A DNA stretch of 64,000 bases from the NCBI RefSeq assembly GCF_006345805.1, contig NC_043001.1, positions 28,024,001-28,088,000 on the forward strand. The letters are read 5' to 3'. Positions 13,290-27,112 of the stretch are shown here, one piece after another; position 1 is the first letter of the stretch, and each line of letters starts with the position of its first letter. The position numbers and the translations under genes are program-made. The notes under the pieces were generated by a model. It ran no database searches and had not been told where the DNA came from. It saw nothing but the letters and a program-made list of their open reading frames with translations. Origin of the DNA: Octopus sinensis. Taxonomy: Eukaryota.

Positions 13290-13530
13290 CTCTTCTACTT
13301 TTTAATTATTAAAATCTTCCACTGGGGAGGGAGCCAGTTTCCAAAAAAGATACAAGAATCCATCTTTGGGATGTAGTTAACACAGACAAATTCACATTTG
13401 CAACTTGAGAAAGGTATTGCATATTTTTACTGTTCCACTCACAGATTGGACTTGTAATGTACGAATCAGCCGGTCGATTTCTCTTTCTGAAAATTCCAGT
13501 TTATCCCGATTCCCCTTTAAGCATTTACTA

Positions 13531-13713
13531 ACAAAACCTAGTGAATTCATAGCCTGGATATAGAAGCTGGAGGTTTAGAAGCAGTTGTCCATAGATATCC
13601 ACTTTTTCTTTGATTTTCAAAGAAATATTTATACCTGCAGGGCAGCTAACCTCTATGATGGTACATACCTTTGCCCGTCTGTCCCAAACAACAATATCCG
13701 CCCTGTTATGCCT
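13531..13713 (-). pseudogene. Restriction-like endonuclease fragment of an R4/Dong-type non-LTR retrotransposon
   Basis: HNRADIVVWDRRAKVCTIIEVSCP...KIKEKVDIYGQL matches the NRPD-IxxxD...IIE/DVxxP...EKxxKY pattern of RLE domains. It abuts (TACA)n. Confidence 0.8.
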
Positions 13714-13764
13714 ATGTATGTATGTACGTACGTACGTATGTATGTATATATATATGTATGTATG

Positions 13765-13828
<64 letters not shown>

Positions 13829-14203
13829 TGTATGCATGTATGCATGTATGTATATATTATGTATGTATGTATGTATGTATGTATGTATGTATGTATATGT
13901 ATGTATGTATATATTATGTATGTATGTATGTATGTATGTATGTATGTAGGTGTGTATGTATTTATGTATGTATGTGTATGCATGTGTGTGTAAGCACATG
14001 TGTGTATGCGTTTACTAGATCGTACTTCAGAGACAGGGAGAAATATGAAAATAAGTCTATATTACAAAATAGCTCTAATGCCTGTGTAGCAATGCAGGGG
14101 GTAAAACAACCATGGGTGGCTGTCAGCCTTTTGTTCGTCCAAGAAGATTTATTTTCCAAATATATTGCAAGCTAGCATTTTTAGCTTCTCTCATTCGAGC
14201 TCC

Positions 14204-14277
<74 letters not shown>

Positions 14278-14499
14278 TACACATACACAGAGTCTCTTTC
14301 ACCACTTTTCTGGTAATCGTAAAATAAATATGTACTCTACAAAAAGTATTCAGTAATCTTTCGGTTTGCATGCTGTTATTTATAGTTTTATATGTGCTTC
14401 GAGATCCAGTTCTAGAAAAGAATTATTTCACGTTCGCCCGAAAGGTTACTAAGATTATAAATATTTGTTATCAAAATATACATATATATATATACATAC

Positions 14500-14589
<90 letters not shown>

Positions 14590-15681
14590 ATATATATGTG
14601 TGTGTATGTGTATAAGGAAAGAGGGAGAGGGAGGGGGAAAAAGAGAGGGAAAGAGAGATCACATGGATACTTATGCGGAACCAGGAAAAAGTATGGTGTA
14701 AATGGTGTGAATATGTATGTATGGATGGATGGATGGATGGATGTATATAGGTATCTATCTATATATCTATCTTGCTTCCACACGTCTCGCGCGTACATCT
14801 TCCCAGATACGCGCATACCTTCTTGTAAATCTGACGTCTTCTGACTGTATACGAAATGCAGATTTTCTCCCCTTATTACCGTAAATGTGCATGGAAGAGA
14901 TGTGATTTACGCATCCAAGACGTCATCTTGTTTATTGAGTCGATGGTTATTAGAAATACTTAAATATGTGTTTCTCGCCTCTTATTCATCGTTTTCCTTC
15001 AGACTTCATTAAAAATTGAAAGACCTTGTCACTTAACCGGCTTTAACAGCGCCCACAATGACCTGGCGCATTCATAAATTCAATATATCGTAGCTAACTC
15101 AATACTTCAGTATTGTTGTTATCACGCTGTCGCTTTTTCAAGATAGTATGGCGTTTAATTCCGTTTGACTTCCTCCCCCCCTCTCTCTCTTCCTCTCGCT
15201 CACTTTCTTTCTCTCTATCTCTGTCTTACTCCTCCTCTCTCTCTCTTTGTTACTACTCAATACCATAATACTTTAGCTTCTCCGTCAAGAGCTTTTTTTT
15301 TCCTCCTTCTTTGCCATCATTATATTTGCTCATCTCTTGTGAGTGTATTTACTATTTAATTTCTCTGACGGTCGTTAATAATAAATACTTAATGTGTTGA
15401 TGATTAAATAACCACAACTGAGGAAATATTTTTGAAAGACAAAAGAGAAAAAAATACATCTTCCGTGTTACACAGGCTATGAATGTAGTGATTATGGTTG
15501 GCCGAAACCTTTCAGTAGTCAGTCGCGTTCCTTTAGATTCTAAGTTCAAATCTCAGATGGGTTGACTTTGCCGTTCATCTTTCTAAGGTCTATAGAATAA
15601 GCACTGCTCAAATACAGAGGTATCCATATCATTTCAATAACATTCTCATAAAAAAAAAAATGGCCTTATACTTTAACGATA

Positions 15682-15735
<54 letters not shown>

Positions 15736-15941
15736 TAATAATAATAATAATAATAATAATGCTGATGATGATGATGATGATTCAAATTTTAGCACAAGGA
15801 GTAACAGTTTTGCGGAGAGTGGGTAAGTCGATTGTAATGACCCCTAATACTTGTCTGTTACTTATTTTATCGACCTCAGATAATTGAACCACTGCGAGAT
15901 TTGAACTTACGCTTAAATTTGAAACAATTAATATTATCACA

Positions 15942-16150
15942 GATGCAGCACGGATTTTTTTGTCAGTGAACAGGTCGCGGTCTCAAAGCGACGAAAATAT
16001 TTTGACAAATTAAATTTAAATGTTGAAGTGAATCTAACGGATTTTGTGTGTTTCTTAAATGGCTTATAAACACCTTCCACGCTGCAATTGTTTTCGTTGC
16101 AGCACACGATCTCAGATCAGGTCACTTGCTATGCAAGTACATCTCCGTAA
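15942..16150 (+). mobile_element. Dispersed repeat carrying the hammerhead variant (Penelope-like terminal repeat?)
   Basis: About 140 nt match 54573..54713 in inverted orientation, and both copies end in gctatgcaagtacatctccgtaa. A third diverged copy lies near 56850..56950. Confidence 0.6.
15959..16009 (+). ncRNA. Minimal type I hammerhead ribozyme motif, G3:C8 core variant
   Basis: tttgtca-GTGAACA-g-gtcgc(ggtctcaaa)gcgac-GAAA-atat-TT-tgacaaa: 7-bp stem I, 5-bp stem II and a palindromic minimal stem III. Confidence 0.6.
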
Positions 16151-16666
16151 TTAATAGTATCATTACTTTTATCTTTTACGACTGGAAAGACCATAATAAG
16201 GAAAACTAAACTGAAAATTGTACCGATCTTTGACTGACCTCTTGCTGATGGGTTGGAGAAATGTTTTACTCAATATTTCCATCCGCACCATAAAAAGATT
16301 ACAATGCTTCGTATGTCCTATCTAAATCCCCTACCAGCCCCATCACCCACCTCAAACACTCCCAAAATTCCACGTCACAGAGAAGTATTTAATTTACTGG
16401 CAGTCTTCCTGCCAGTAAATTTGACATTTATGTCATGTTGGCTGGATGTTAAAACCAAAAAAAAGTCCTATTAACCAACTTTATTATATATCATCGCATC
16501 GCTTGAAGACTTGCTCGGGAGAGATTACTGCGCGGTGCTTTCAGTGACACATTTCCCACTGCCATTTGCACACCTACTATCACTTCCATCGCAAAAAAAC
16601 ATCGCCAGTACCACCACCACCGTCCAATAACTACCACCACCATCAACATCATCAATAACATCATCA

Positions 16667-17038
16667 TCTCTCTATATATAAACGGCAGTTTGTCTGTGTG
16701 TGTTTCTGTGTGTCTGTTAGGTTGTACCCTCACCCTGACCACGGCTTTCAACTGTTTCTGATGAAACTTGACACACACATAGCCCAATGTCATAATTCAA
16801 AACTAACGCAGCGAAAATTTTGAAAAGTTCCCCCAGTTCTGAAAAAAATCGATAAATTCGACATGGGGGTCGAGAATCAGAAACACAAACCACAGACTGT
16901 CTAGGGGACGCAATTCGACCTTTTTAACTAAAAAAAAATTTACCATCATTTTTTTCCCATTTTTTGGCTATAACTCTCTAAAAATGCTTTATAGTTATTT
17001 CCCTTACAAACCCGAGCAACGCCGGGCGATACTGATAG
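16667..17038 (+). mobile_element. Non-autonomous Helitron-like element
   Basis: Starts A|TCTCTCTATATATAAA and has a subterminal hairpin cccgagcaacgccggg. It ends ATAG|T (CTAG with one change), is inserted between A and T of a (CAT)n tract, and has no TSD. Confidence 0.75.
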
Positions 17039-17859
17039 TCATCAATAACACCATCATCGTTTCTAATCATTTACAATACAGGAATTATAACATAGGGCTA
17101 TAACTGACTTTCGACAGTTAATGAAAAAATTTCGAATAAGCCGAGGAAGGCGGATGATAGTGGTGGTGGTGGTGGTAGTGGGGGTGGAGCAATCCTTGTG
17201 ACGTCATGGTTCTCTCTCGCTGCTCTTCACACAATAACGTAATCTGTCGTTGGGAAAACAGTAACGTTACACTCCTAATTTGCATTTGTGACGGAATTAT
17301 TGTAGTACAAATGGCTCTAATCAGGAACTGATAGCCATGGAACTAGCTCATTCTGATCATATGACATAGTTACTTTTAATATAATATTTCCTATATTAAC
17401 AAATTGTCCTGTTTGTTTTTCTTTTAGTTTTTATTTTTATCCTGGGTTGGGTGGAGAGAGGAGATACCATTATGCTATGTGATGGTTGATGTTCACATTT
17501 GAAGGTTATTAGGTTATTGGTCACGCATAACAATAAGCAAAATATATAGTTTCAACTGAATTGTACCTTCACGCAGTCGTTCGACCCGCTAGATATAGCA
17601 ACCAAATCTCTATTAAATCCTATCCTGTCCAATTAAAAAAGAAAGAAAAAACGAAAAAGCTCTTTGCATGGCCTCTCCTTATGGTAGTAAATGCAGTCAA
17701 GTATGCCTCAAATTACACTATATTGCCTTGAAAGTGACAGGACACATTGGATAAATAGTCTAAAATACGCAATATCATTAAAAAGAACGGGATGATCATC
17801 GCTGGAACGCCTTTAGTTATAGACTTGTTTAGTCAAGGCTGAATTGGAGTCAACAATAA

Positions 17860-18272
17860 TACTTTCTACTGGAGGCACAAGGCCTCAATTTTGTGGGGAG
17901 GGGACTAGTCGATTACATCGATCCCAGTGTGTAACTGGTATTTATTTAATCGATCTCGAAAGGATGAAAGGCAAAGTCGACCTCGGTGGAATTGGAACTC
18001 AGAACGTAGCGGCAAACGAAATACCGCTAAGTTTTTCGCCCGGTGTGCTATCGATTCTTAATTCTTTATTGCCCACAAGGGACTAAACATAGAGGGGACA
18101 AACAAGGACAGACAAAGGACAAAGGAATTAAGTCGATTACATCGACCCCAGTGCGTAACTGATAATTAATTTATCGACCCTGAAAGGTTGAAAGGCAAAA
18201 TCGGCCTCGGCAGAATTTGAACTCAGAACATAAAGACAGACGAAATACCGTGTTCTGCTAGGTCACCGCCTT
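17860..18272 (-). mobile_element. SINE family A dimer
   Basis: Two units with core gagttcaaattc...gcctttcatcctttc...gtaccagttac. Confidence 0.85.
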
Positions 18273-18661
18273 TTTTTTTTTTTTTTTTTGGTTGGGGGTC
18301 AACAATAATAACAACAAAGAAACAACAACAATAATCAGAGATTCAAACTGAACATTATTTAAGTCGACTACCACCTATCTGGGAAAGCTTAATTAGGCAA
18401 TGGCCTCCGTTACGCTGTCTCCATCGCTAAATCCCTGCCATTGTATATTTCTTGCAAATACACAACGGTAGAAATTTAGAAATGGAAAAGGTTAGTCGAT
18501 TGAACAGTTCTAGAGTACACCAGCGGCATCTCATCGATGCCGTTAATACAGAGTTGAAACAAATTCCATGAGGCATTTTGACCGGCGCTCTACCGATTCT
18601 GCAAATTCAGAATCAATAAAATGTATGTATGTATGTATGTATGTATGTATGTATGTATGTA

Positions 18662-18988
18662 TAAGGCGGCGAGCTGGCAGGAACGTTAGCACGCCGGGCG
18701 AAATGCATAGCCGTATTTCGTCTGCCGTTACGTTCTGAGTTCAAATTCCGCCGAGGTCGACTTTGCCTTTCATCCTTTCGGGGTCGATTAAATAAGTACC
18801 AGTTACGCATTGGGGTCGTTTGTCTGTCCTTGTTTGTCCCCTCTGTGTGTAGCCCCTTGTTGGCAGCAAAGAAATAAGAAACGTTAGCACGCCTTTCGTC
18901 CTTTCGGTGTCGATAAATTAAGTACCAGTTACGCACTGGCGTCGATCTAATCGACTGGCCCCCATTCCCTCTCTAGAGTAGAAAAGTA
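18662..18988 (+). mobile_element. SINE family A, composite
   Basis: Head aaggcggcgagctggcag and B box gagttcaaattcc; the tail is followed by a restart at aaacgttagcacgcc. Confidence 0.9.
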
Positions 18989-19105
18989 AATGTATATATT
19001 TATGTATGTATGTATGTATGTATATATGTATGTATGTATGTATGTAGCTGTCTGTCTGTTAACTCGTCTGTTTGGCAGTATCTCGTCTATCTATCTATCT
19101 ATCTA

Positions 19106-19216
<111 letters not shown>

Positions 19217-19219
19217 TTA

Positions 19220-19256
<37 letters not shown>

Positions 19257-20329
19257 CTATATATATATATATATATATAAAAACTCAATTTCTCTCTGCC
19301 TATCTGTTTTTCTCTTTGTCTATCTCCCTGTCTCTTTTTCTTTTCTTTCTCCCTATCCGTTTCTCATGATTTTCCTACCATCGTCTGTGGATATCGTCAT
19401 AAATAACTTTTATTTACTGATTGTAACAATTAAAGGGTCAACTCCATGTTATGAAGACTTCGTTATATAATTTCACGTTTTCTTTAAATCACCCCCCTTT
19501 TTTTTTACCATTCTTCATTTACCATTCCTCATTTACTCTTACTGATCTCTCACTCTGTCTGTCTCTGTTTTTCTCTCTCTCTCTCTCAACTTTTAGCTCT
19601 CTCCATCTCTCTCTCTCTCAACCTTTAGCTCTCTCCATCTCTCTCTCTTTTTCTCTGACTCAATTTTACTCCCAACCTCTTTTCAGTTTTTCAAATAAAA
19701 TTTGAAAAAAATCTAATATATTTTTTTTTGATTTACTCTTTTAATTTTTAGAATTTTCTGTCCCTTTTTTTTATCATTGCATTAATATTTTTACATTATT
19801 TTTATTATTTTCATTCCAAACAAAAAAAAAAAAATGCTTTTTTTTTTTGTTCAGTTTCCTTTGATTTTTCAAAATATTTGATTTGTATTGTGTGGTATGT
19901 AAATTTAGCTCGTTAACTCAAAAGATCTCATTAACTGAGCGTACGTGTTCATTTGTTGAACACATAAAACAGGAAGTTAAACGCATCAATAACAGTTGAT
20001 CATTGATAACGACATTTTATGACAAGCAGTCATCTTTTTTTTCCTTTTCTTATTTTTCCTTGCTTGAAGTTCTTACCTTATCATTTTTCTCTCTCTACGA
20101 TTTTCTTTCCTATTTTTTTTTAAAGAAACGATATGATTAAGCTCGTTTGTCCAACGATGTATTTATTAGATATTTTTCATATTTGTTGGTTGTTGGGAGC
20201 GGGGGCCAATCCCTCTCTCCTTATTACGCCTTAATCAGACCAGATCAATCAATAAAGCCAAAGCGTAGATCTTTTGAATCTATGTGTTAGAAATAGCAAC
20301 GGAGTCTCCCTCAAATCACATATTACTCT

Positions 20330-20660
20330 TTTACCTGTTTCAGTCATTTGTCTGCGGCCATGCTGGGGCATCGCCTTTAGTCGAGCAAATCGAACCCAGG
20401 ACTTATTCTTTGCTAGCCTAGTACTTATTCTATCGGCCTCTTTTGCCGAACTGCTAAGTTACGGGGACGTAAACATAGCAGCATCGGTTGTCAAGCGATG
20501 TTGGAGGGACACACACACATATATATACATATATACAACGGGCCTCTTTCAGTTTCCGTCTACCAAGTTCACTCACAAGGCTTTGGTCGGCCCGAGGCTA
20601 TAGAAGAAGACACGTGTCCAAGGTACCACGCAGTGGGACTGAACCCGGAACCACACAGCC
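20330..20660 (-). mobile_element. tRNA-derived SINE (family B here)
   Basis: Matches 37744..38155, 45970..46360 and 63045..63485; contains an internal (TA/TG) microsatellite. Confidence 0.85.
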
Positions 20661-21213
20661 ACTCTGCGACTTTTGAAAAAAGTTATGTTGGCTGGCGTTT
20701 TCCATATAAAGGAAGGCAAACCATGTTCGCAGTCTCTTTGATCATAGATTTTGTTGGATCAAAACCGACTTTTCACTAAACAAGTTGTGAATCTAGTTTG
20801 GATTATATGATGACTATAGTAACGATAATCTTGCTGATACTACTTTGCTACTGATTACGCCTTCAAAAGGAAAACGTTTTGAAGAACAAACAAACAGATG
20901 AATGAAAATGAATACAATCAAATAACTTGACTTAACAGACTTTTATATTTTAACACATGGACATGATAATGATATCTCGAATTAAGGTGTTATTGAGGAT
21001 AACAGCAATAGTTTTGCTGCTATTGTTAATCAAAGAAAGAAATTTGATACATGTTAGATTCGGAGAGTACATGGGAGAAGTGTGTTACTAAAATTCTTCA
21101 AGGCGCAGTCTAAATGACTGAACCCAGTCTAATGGCCGTACTCTAATGACTGAACCCAGCAAAAGATAAATCACACAAACACTCCACACGATGAACTGGC
21201 ACTTGTTCGTGTA

Positions 21214-21516
21214 GGGCGACAAGGGTTGCAGTTGATCCGATCAACGGAACAGCTCGCTCGTGAAATTAACGTGCAAGTGGCTGAGTACTCCATAGACACG
21301 CATACCCTAAACGTAGATCTCGAGGAGATTTAGCGTGGCACGGAGTGTGACAAGGCTTGACCTTTGCAATATAGTTACTGCTCAATTTTGCCAGCTGAGT
21401 AGATGAGATCAAGGTGAAATAAAGGCTCTTGCTAAAGGACACAGCACACCGTCGGGTATCGTACTCACAACCTCGTGACCCAAATATCCTAACCACCAAG
21501 TTACGCAGCTTCACTA
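21214..21516 (-). mobile_element. Diverged tRNA-derived SINE (head related to family D, different tail)
   Basis: Minus-strand head gtgaagctgcgtaacttggtggttagg and central tgtgtcctttagcaagagc...actcagctggcaaaattgag, shared with family D. Confidence 0.65.
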
Positions 21517-21579
21517 CTGATAAGCACATTCGTACCTAAGATGGAATCAGATATTCTCATAGCATAACATCAATCCTGT

Positions 21580-21808
21580 TTCTTTATTACACACAAGGGG
21601 CTAAACACAGAGAGGACAAACAAGGACAGACAAACTAATTAAGTCGATTACATTAAGTACCAGTGCGTAACTGGTACTTAATTTATCGACCCCGAAAGGA
21701 TGAACGGCAAAGTCGACCTCGGCAGAATTTGAACTCAGAACGTAGTGGCAGACGAAATACGGCTACGCATTTCGTCCGGCGTGCTAATGTTTCTGCTAGC
21801 TCGCTCGC
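21580..21808 (-). mobile_element. SINE family A
   Basis: Matches the other family A copies. Confidence 0.85.
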
Positions 21809-22644
21809 ATACTATCAATCCTGAAACTTCAGTTATGGTAATGGTGATGGCAGCGTAATAATGGAGGTTGGGCTAGCAGGGAAAGAGTCTTGCAGGGGGT
21901 AGGATTTTGCAGGTATAGGGTTTTGCAGGGGTAAGGTCTTGCAGGAAGAGCAGAGGGAGGTGGTCGAAGCTAGAAGGAGACAAAACAATAACGCTTCACA
22001 CTGTAGCTGAAACAGTTAGGAGGACATCGGTAGGAATAAACCTAATCGTAGTCCAAGTTGTAGCAGTAGTAGTAGTGGTGGTGGTAGTGGTAGTAGTGGT
22101 AGTAGTGGTAGTAGTAGTAGTAGTAGTAGTAGTAGTTGTTGTGGTGATAATAATGACATGCATGGCGCGGGATGAAGTGGGAGAGCAGAGTAGGAGAGAG
22201 TCGATATTGAATTGCGACGGGAGGAAGGAAGTAAGAGAAACTAGATATAAAAGAAACTGAGGGCAGCAATAATGGCGGTGATTGCGGCGGCGGCGGTGGT
22301 GGTGGTGGTCGTGGGAGGATACAGCAGATAGAGTTTAAAGCAATTTAAAGTGAAGCCCCAAATTAACGACAAGTTCAAACGCTGTACTGAACTGTCCTAA
22401 TAAAATTAACCCCTGTCCACCGCGGTGTACGTAGACAATAATTGGAGAGTGGGGAGAGAAAGAGTGACATCAGATAAATATATAACATGTCGCTAATACG
22501 TTGCTTTCTTTTAACGTATATGTATGCATATGTACGAAGTTATATATATATGTGTGTGTGTGTATGTTTGTATGTATATGTATATATATATATATATATA
22601 TAAATGTATGCAGTTATATATATGTATGTATGTGTGTTTGTATG

Positions 22645-22680
<36 letters not shown>

Positions 22681-22695
22681 AGTTTGTATTATGCG

Positions 22696-22760
<65 letters not shown>

Positions 22761-23388
22761 GTGCGTCCGTGTCTGTATGCCCGATGAGAGACAAGAGACA
22801 TACATACACGAGAGATGAAACTGAATAAAAGTGAGAGATAAACTAAAAGCGCTGAAATAAACAGAGAAAAATATCATTTCTTTTTATGTGTTTGTGGGTG
22901 AGTTCGTCTGCTTGCTTGTATGCGCTTTGTATGGCGAAGCAGCCGTCGCTTTGAATGACTTACATCATCAAAGGCGACGTTAAATCGCTATAAATCACTC
23001 GGTCCTAGCTGCAAGAGCAAAGTTCATTCTTTTGTTTACGAATCTGTGTAAGATTGTTGTAGGAAACGTAGAAGAGTGGCAACTTAATTAAGGAGAAGAG
23101 GGATCTTATTAGGGTCGAGGTTAATAGTATATAATGAAAGTATTCCCAAATGGAGCTAAGTGTCTGCCGTCTAGCGAAGTGTTATACAAAGCATTTTTAA
23201 TATTCATGGGTGCAGACTTGACTGTATGGCTAAGCGGTTCGTCTTGGAACCATGTGGTAATTGGTTCAATCTCAGCAGCGGCACAATTTAATCGATGGTC
23301 CTTACTATCCTATCGTATGTCTCAACAATCATGAGAGAAATTTGCAATGGGACACCGTGTGGTACTTATATATATATCGATTCAAACA

Positions 23389-23486
<98 letters not shown>

Positions 23487-23770
23487 AATATATAGAGAGA
23501 AAACGGGGAGAGAGACAGATATAAATTTGCCTGTGTCTTAGAAGTTTACCTTCCTTTGTCTACATAATCAAACCACACACACACACTCATAGTGCACTGC
23601 TCTGTTCCTGGTGGGATGAACAAATAGGTACACTTTCCAGCGATATGAATGTGTGAGAATGTGAGTGTGTGAGTGTTTATGAATGTGTGTGTGTGGTGGT
23701 GGTAGTGTGCGTGTGTGTGTGTGTGCATGTCTGAGTGTGCGTGCGTGTGTGTACATATATATTTATTTAT

Positions 23771-23830
<60 letters not shown>

Positions 23831-23834
23831 AAAG

Positions 23835-23885
<51 letters not shown>

Positions 23886-24397
23886 CAGTGCATTGGTTTG
23901 TAACAAGCGTCCATTCCTGGAATGTAAATAATGCCAACAGTGAAAGTGCTGGACTTTAGAAATATCTTGTAATGTTCTATTGTTCCACTTACAGATTGTA
24001 TAAGCAATGCACGTTTTGTTACTTCCTTTGTTTGATTTTTGTATCACTTTAATGAAGTTTAAGCGACAACAAGGCTTTCGTTTTAAACAATGTAATTGTT
24101 AAGAATAAAGAGGTGAGATTATGAGGCCACGGAAACATTGAAATCTCAGAAACCACAGTCATAGAATCTTCCTCGTTGGTCAAAAAGTAAGCAAGTTGGA
24201 ATAGAAGTTTGGTAACATCATTGATTTCTTGCTGATTGATTAGGCTATCGGTTTCATGTTCTTTTATACCAATATAAGCATTCCTCGAAATTGAACCGTT
24301 CGATAATCGTATTCGGCTGACTTTCGAAAGTCGAAGGAACAAAATGTTTGAACGGTTGAATCTCTTGATCACCGTTTATACATATATGTATGTATGT

Positions 24398-24695
24398 ATG
24401 TCACGTGACCGACCAGACCATCAGATGTTACACATCACTGGTCACAATGTGTTCGCGTTGTTTTAGCCTTCGAATGACGCCACCCCACTGGCTAAGCGAG
24501 CAGACCAACAGAAGAAAGAGTGAAAGAAAGAGTGGTGAAAGAGTACAGCAGGGATCACCACCCCCTGCCAGAGCCTCGTGGCGCTTTCAGGTGTTTTCGC
24601 TCAATAAACACTCACAACGCCCGGTCTGGAAATGGAAACCGCGATCCTACTACCGCGAGTCCGCTGCCCTAACCACTGGGCCATTGCGCCTCCAC
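24398..24695 (-). mobile_element. SINE with family C head and alternative tail, flanked by (TATG)n
   Basis: The head closely matches the 12105 copy; the 3' ~100 nt differ. Confidence 0.8.
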
Positions 24696-25487
24696 ATGTA
24701 TGTATGTATTGTGTAAAATGGTAAAGACCCCCTTCGGTCATGAATGACCATGGGATTAGATCTAGAATGTTCCCTTCCGAGGCACAAGTCCGGGCAAAGT
24801 TGTTTATGGTAGACCAGCAGTCGCCCATACATACCTGCCTCTCCTCTCCACGCCACTAATGTTATCCAAGGGAAATGCACTAGCACTACTGGGAAGATAA
24901 TCACGATAACAGATTCACATTCATGTTCTCAAAGAATGAAATTTATACATATTAACGTTGTACATAGCATGCTGTATGTAAATATATGATCTATGACACT
25001 CCAGATATGACCAGCTGACAATTATTTTATTTCCGTGTATTCTATCTATATTTATTACCCAGCATGTCTTTCATTTCCTCAATACTGTAGGATCTTAATT
25101 TGAGAAGAATTTCATTGTAATTTCTAGCATGTAAAACGACCACACAAAGGATTTCTTGCTAACTCGTTAACGTAGTACGTAATTGGGTTACGTTCACATC
25201 CAGTACGTTAATCGAATTACGCCCAAACCACGAAATGGGAAAACATTTATCCGCATGGTTATATTAGTCCATAGTTTAATTCCTCCCATCATTTTCTCAA
25301 AGCCTCATTATCCATTTAGTTTATTATTTAATCAAGTTTCTAATTTTGACATCAATCGTTTCCTTGTCTGATGTAGATTAATTTTCTAAATGAATAAAGT
25401 GCATGTTGTTTTCTAAGAATTGTTTTATATGATTAAATATCGATTTGACTAAAACATAGCTGAATGAAACAAGCGTCAATTATTCCG

Positions 25488-25722
<235 letters not shown>

Positions 25723-26213
25723 GTATTTGTCTGTCTTTGCATACACATACACGTTTATATACACACATACGCACACAAACATACATAAACATGGCTGCCG
25801 AATATATCCCTATGTACTCATCTACGTATACATACGTGTGTGTATCCATGTGCATTACTTGTCTCGGCCAAACATATTCTTGCTGTTCCCTGGATTTCTA
25901 TTTCTTGTATTCATTGCCTAACGTTCCTTTCCTGAGCTAATCATTGCATCCTTACAATATAATCTACGTGCTCATGTGATAGTATTTTTCAAATGTCGAA
26001 ATAAACTGAACATTAATATATGTTGAGAAAACGATATGATAAAGTAAATGAGTGATACAGAGAATACAAATTCAAAAAAAATTGATTCACCGAATTAAAC
26101 CAAGGATTAAAATGAATGAGATATGCAAAGAATGAGAGGGGCATTGAGAAAATTAAGGGGTTCGGGTTGAGTTGTAATATTTAAATGGATCGAATACGTA
26201 AACTTTTTATGAA

Positions 26214-26447
26214 CAAGGCGGCGAGCTGGCAGAGACATTAGCACCCCGGCGAAATGCTTAGCGGTATTTTGTCTGCCGTTACGTTCTGAGTTCAAATTCC
26301 GCCGAGGTCGACTTTGCCTTTCATCCCTTCGGGGTCGATTAAATAAGTACCAATTACGCACTGGGGGTCGATATAATCGACTTAATCCGTTTGTCTGTCC
26401 TTGTTTGTCCCCTCTGTGTTTAGCCCCTTGTGGGTAGTAAAGAAATA
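26214..26447 (+). mobile_element. SINE family A, full-length monomer with L1/Tx1-like tail
   Basis: aaggcggcgagctggcag ... agccccttgtgggtagtaaagaaat, followed by (TA)n. Confidence 0.9.
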
Positions 26448-27048
26448 TATATATATATCTTAGCTACTCTACCTGCCATTTAATTTCAAGTAACATTCCT
26501 GTGTGATAACGTATTCTAGACATCAACGACAGAGAACCTACGAGGTCGCTTGACCTACAAGAATTAGTAGCTAAATTATCCCTCAAATCACACCCCACTG
26601 TCTTACAGGAAAACACGTATTGGGTTTCCTTAGACATATGGAAAAGAGGGGATAGTATTTGCTAGAATACTTTCTATCAAGGTTTGCACAATCAGGGTTT
26701 ATCCGGAGTTAAATAACAACAACAACAAGAACAGCAACAGCAGCAGCAGCCACAAGAAGCACAACGAGTGAACTGATGAAGAAAGGTAGTATGGAATAAT
26801 GAAACCCCTGCAGTAAATTTGAATTCATTACTATGGAGAGGTACAAAAGTAGAGCCAAAGGTCATTCGTGAATGAGTATGGCTGGGTAACATGCACAGTG
26901 CTTTCGTTAATTGTTTTAGGAGTCTATGTAGTCACAAGCAGTCATAAGCATCTTGCCGCTCACCTTTGCACTTGACAAAATGGAACGTCTAAAATATGAC
27001 AGCTGGAGAGAAAGAGGGCAAGTAACAGAAAGAAAGAGAGTGGCGGAG

Positions 27049-27112
<64 letters not shown>

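Noticed and set aside
20071-20079. Strong minus-strand donor AAG|GTAAGA as the first exon of the cholinergic locus
   Set aside because: It is a single motif with no supporting promoter or exon boundary, and is expected by chance in 64 kb.
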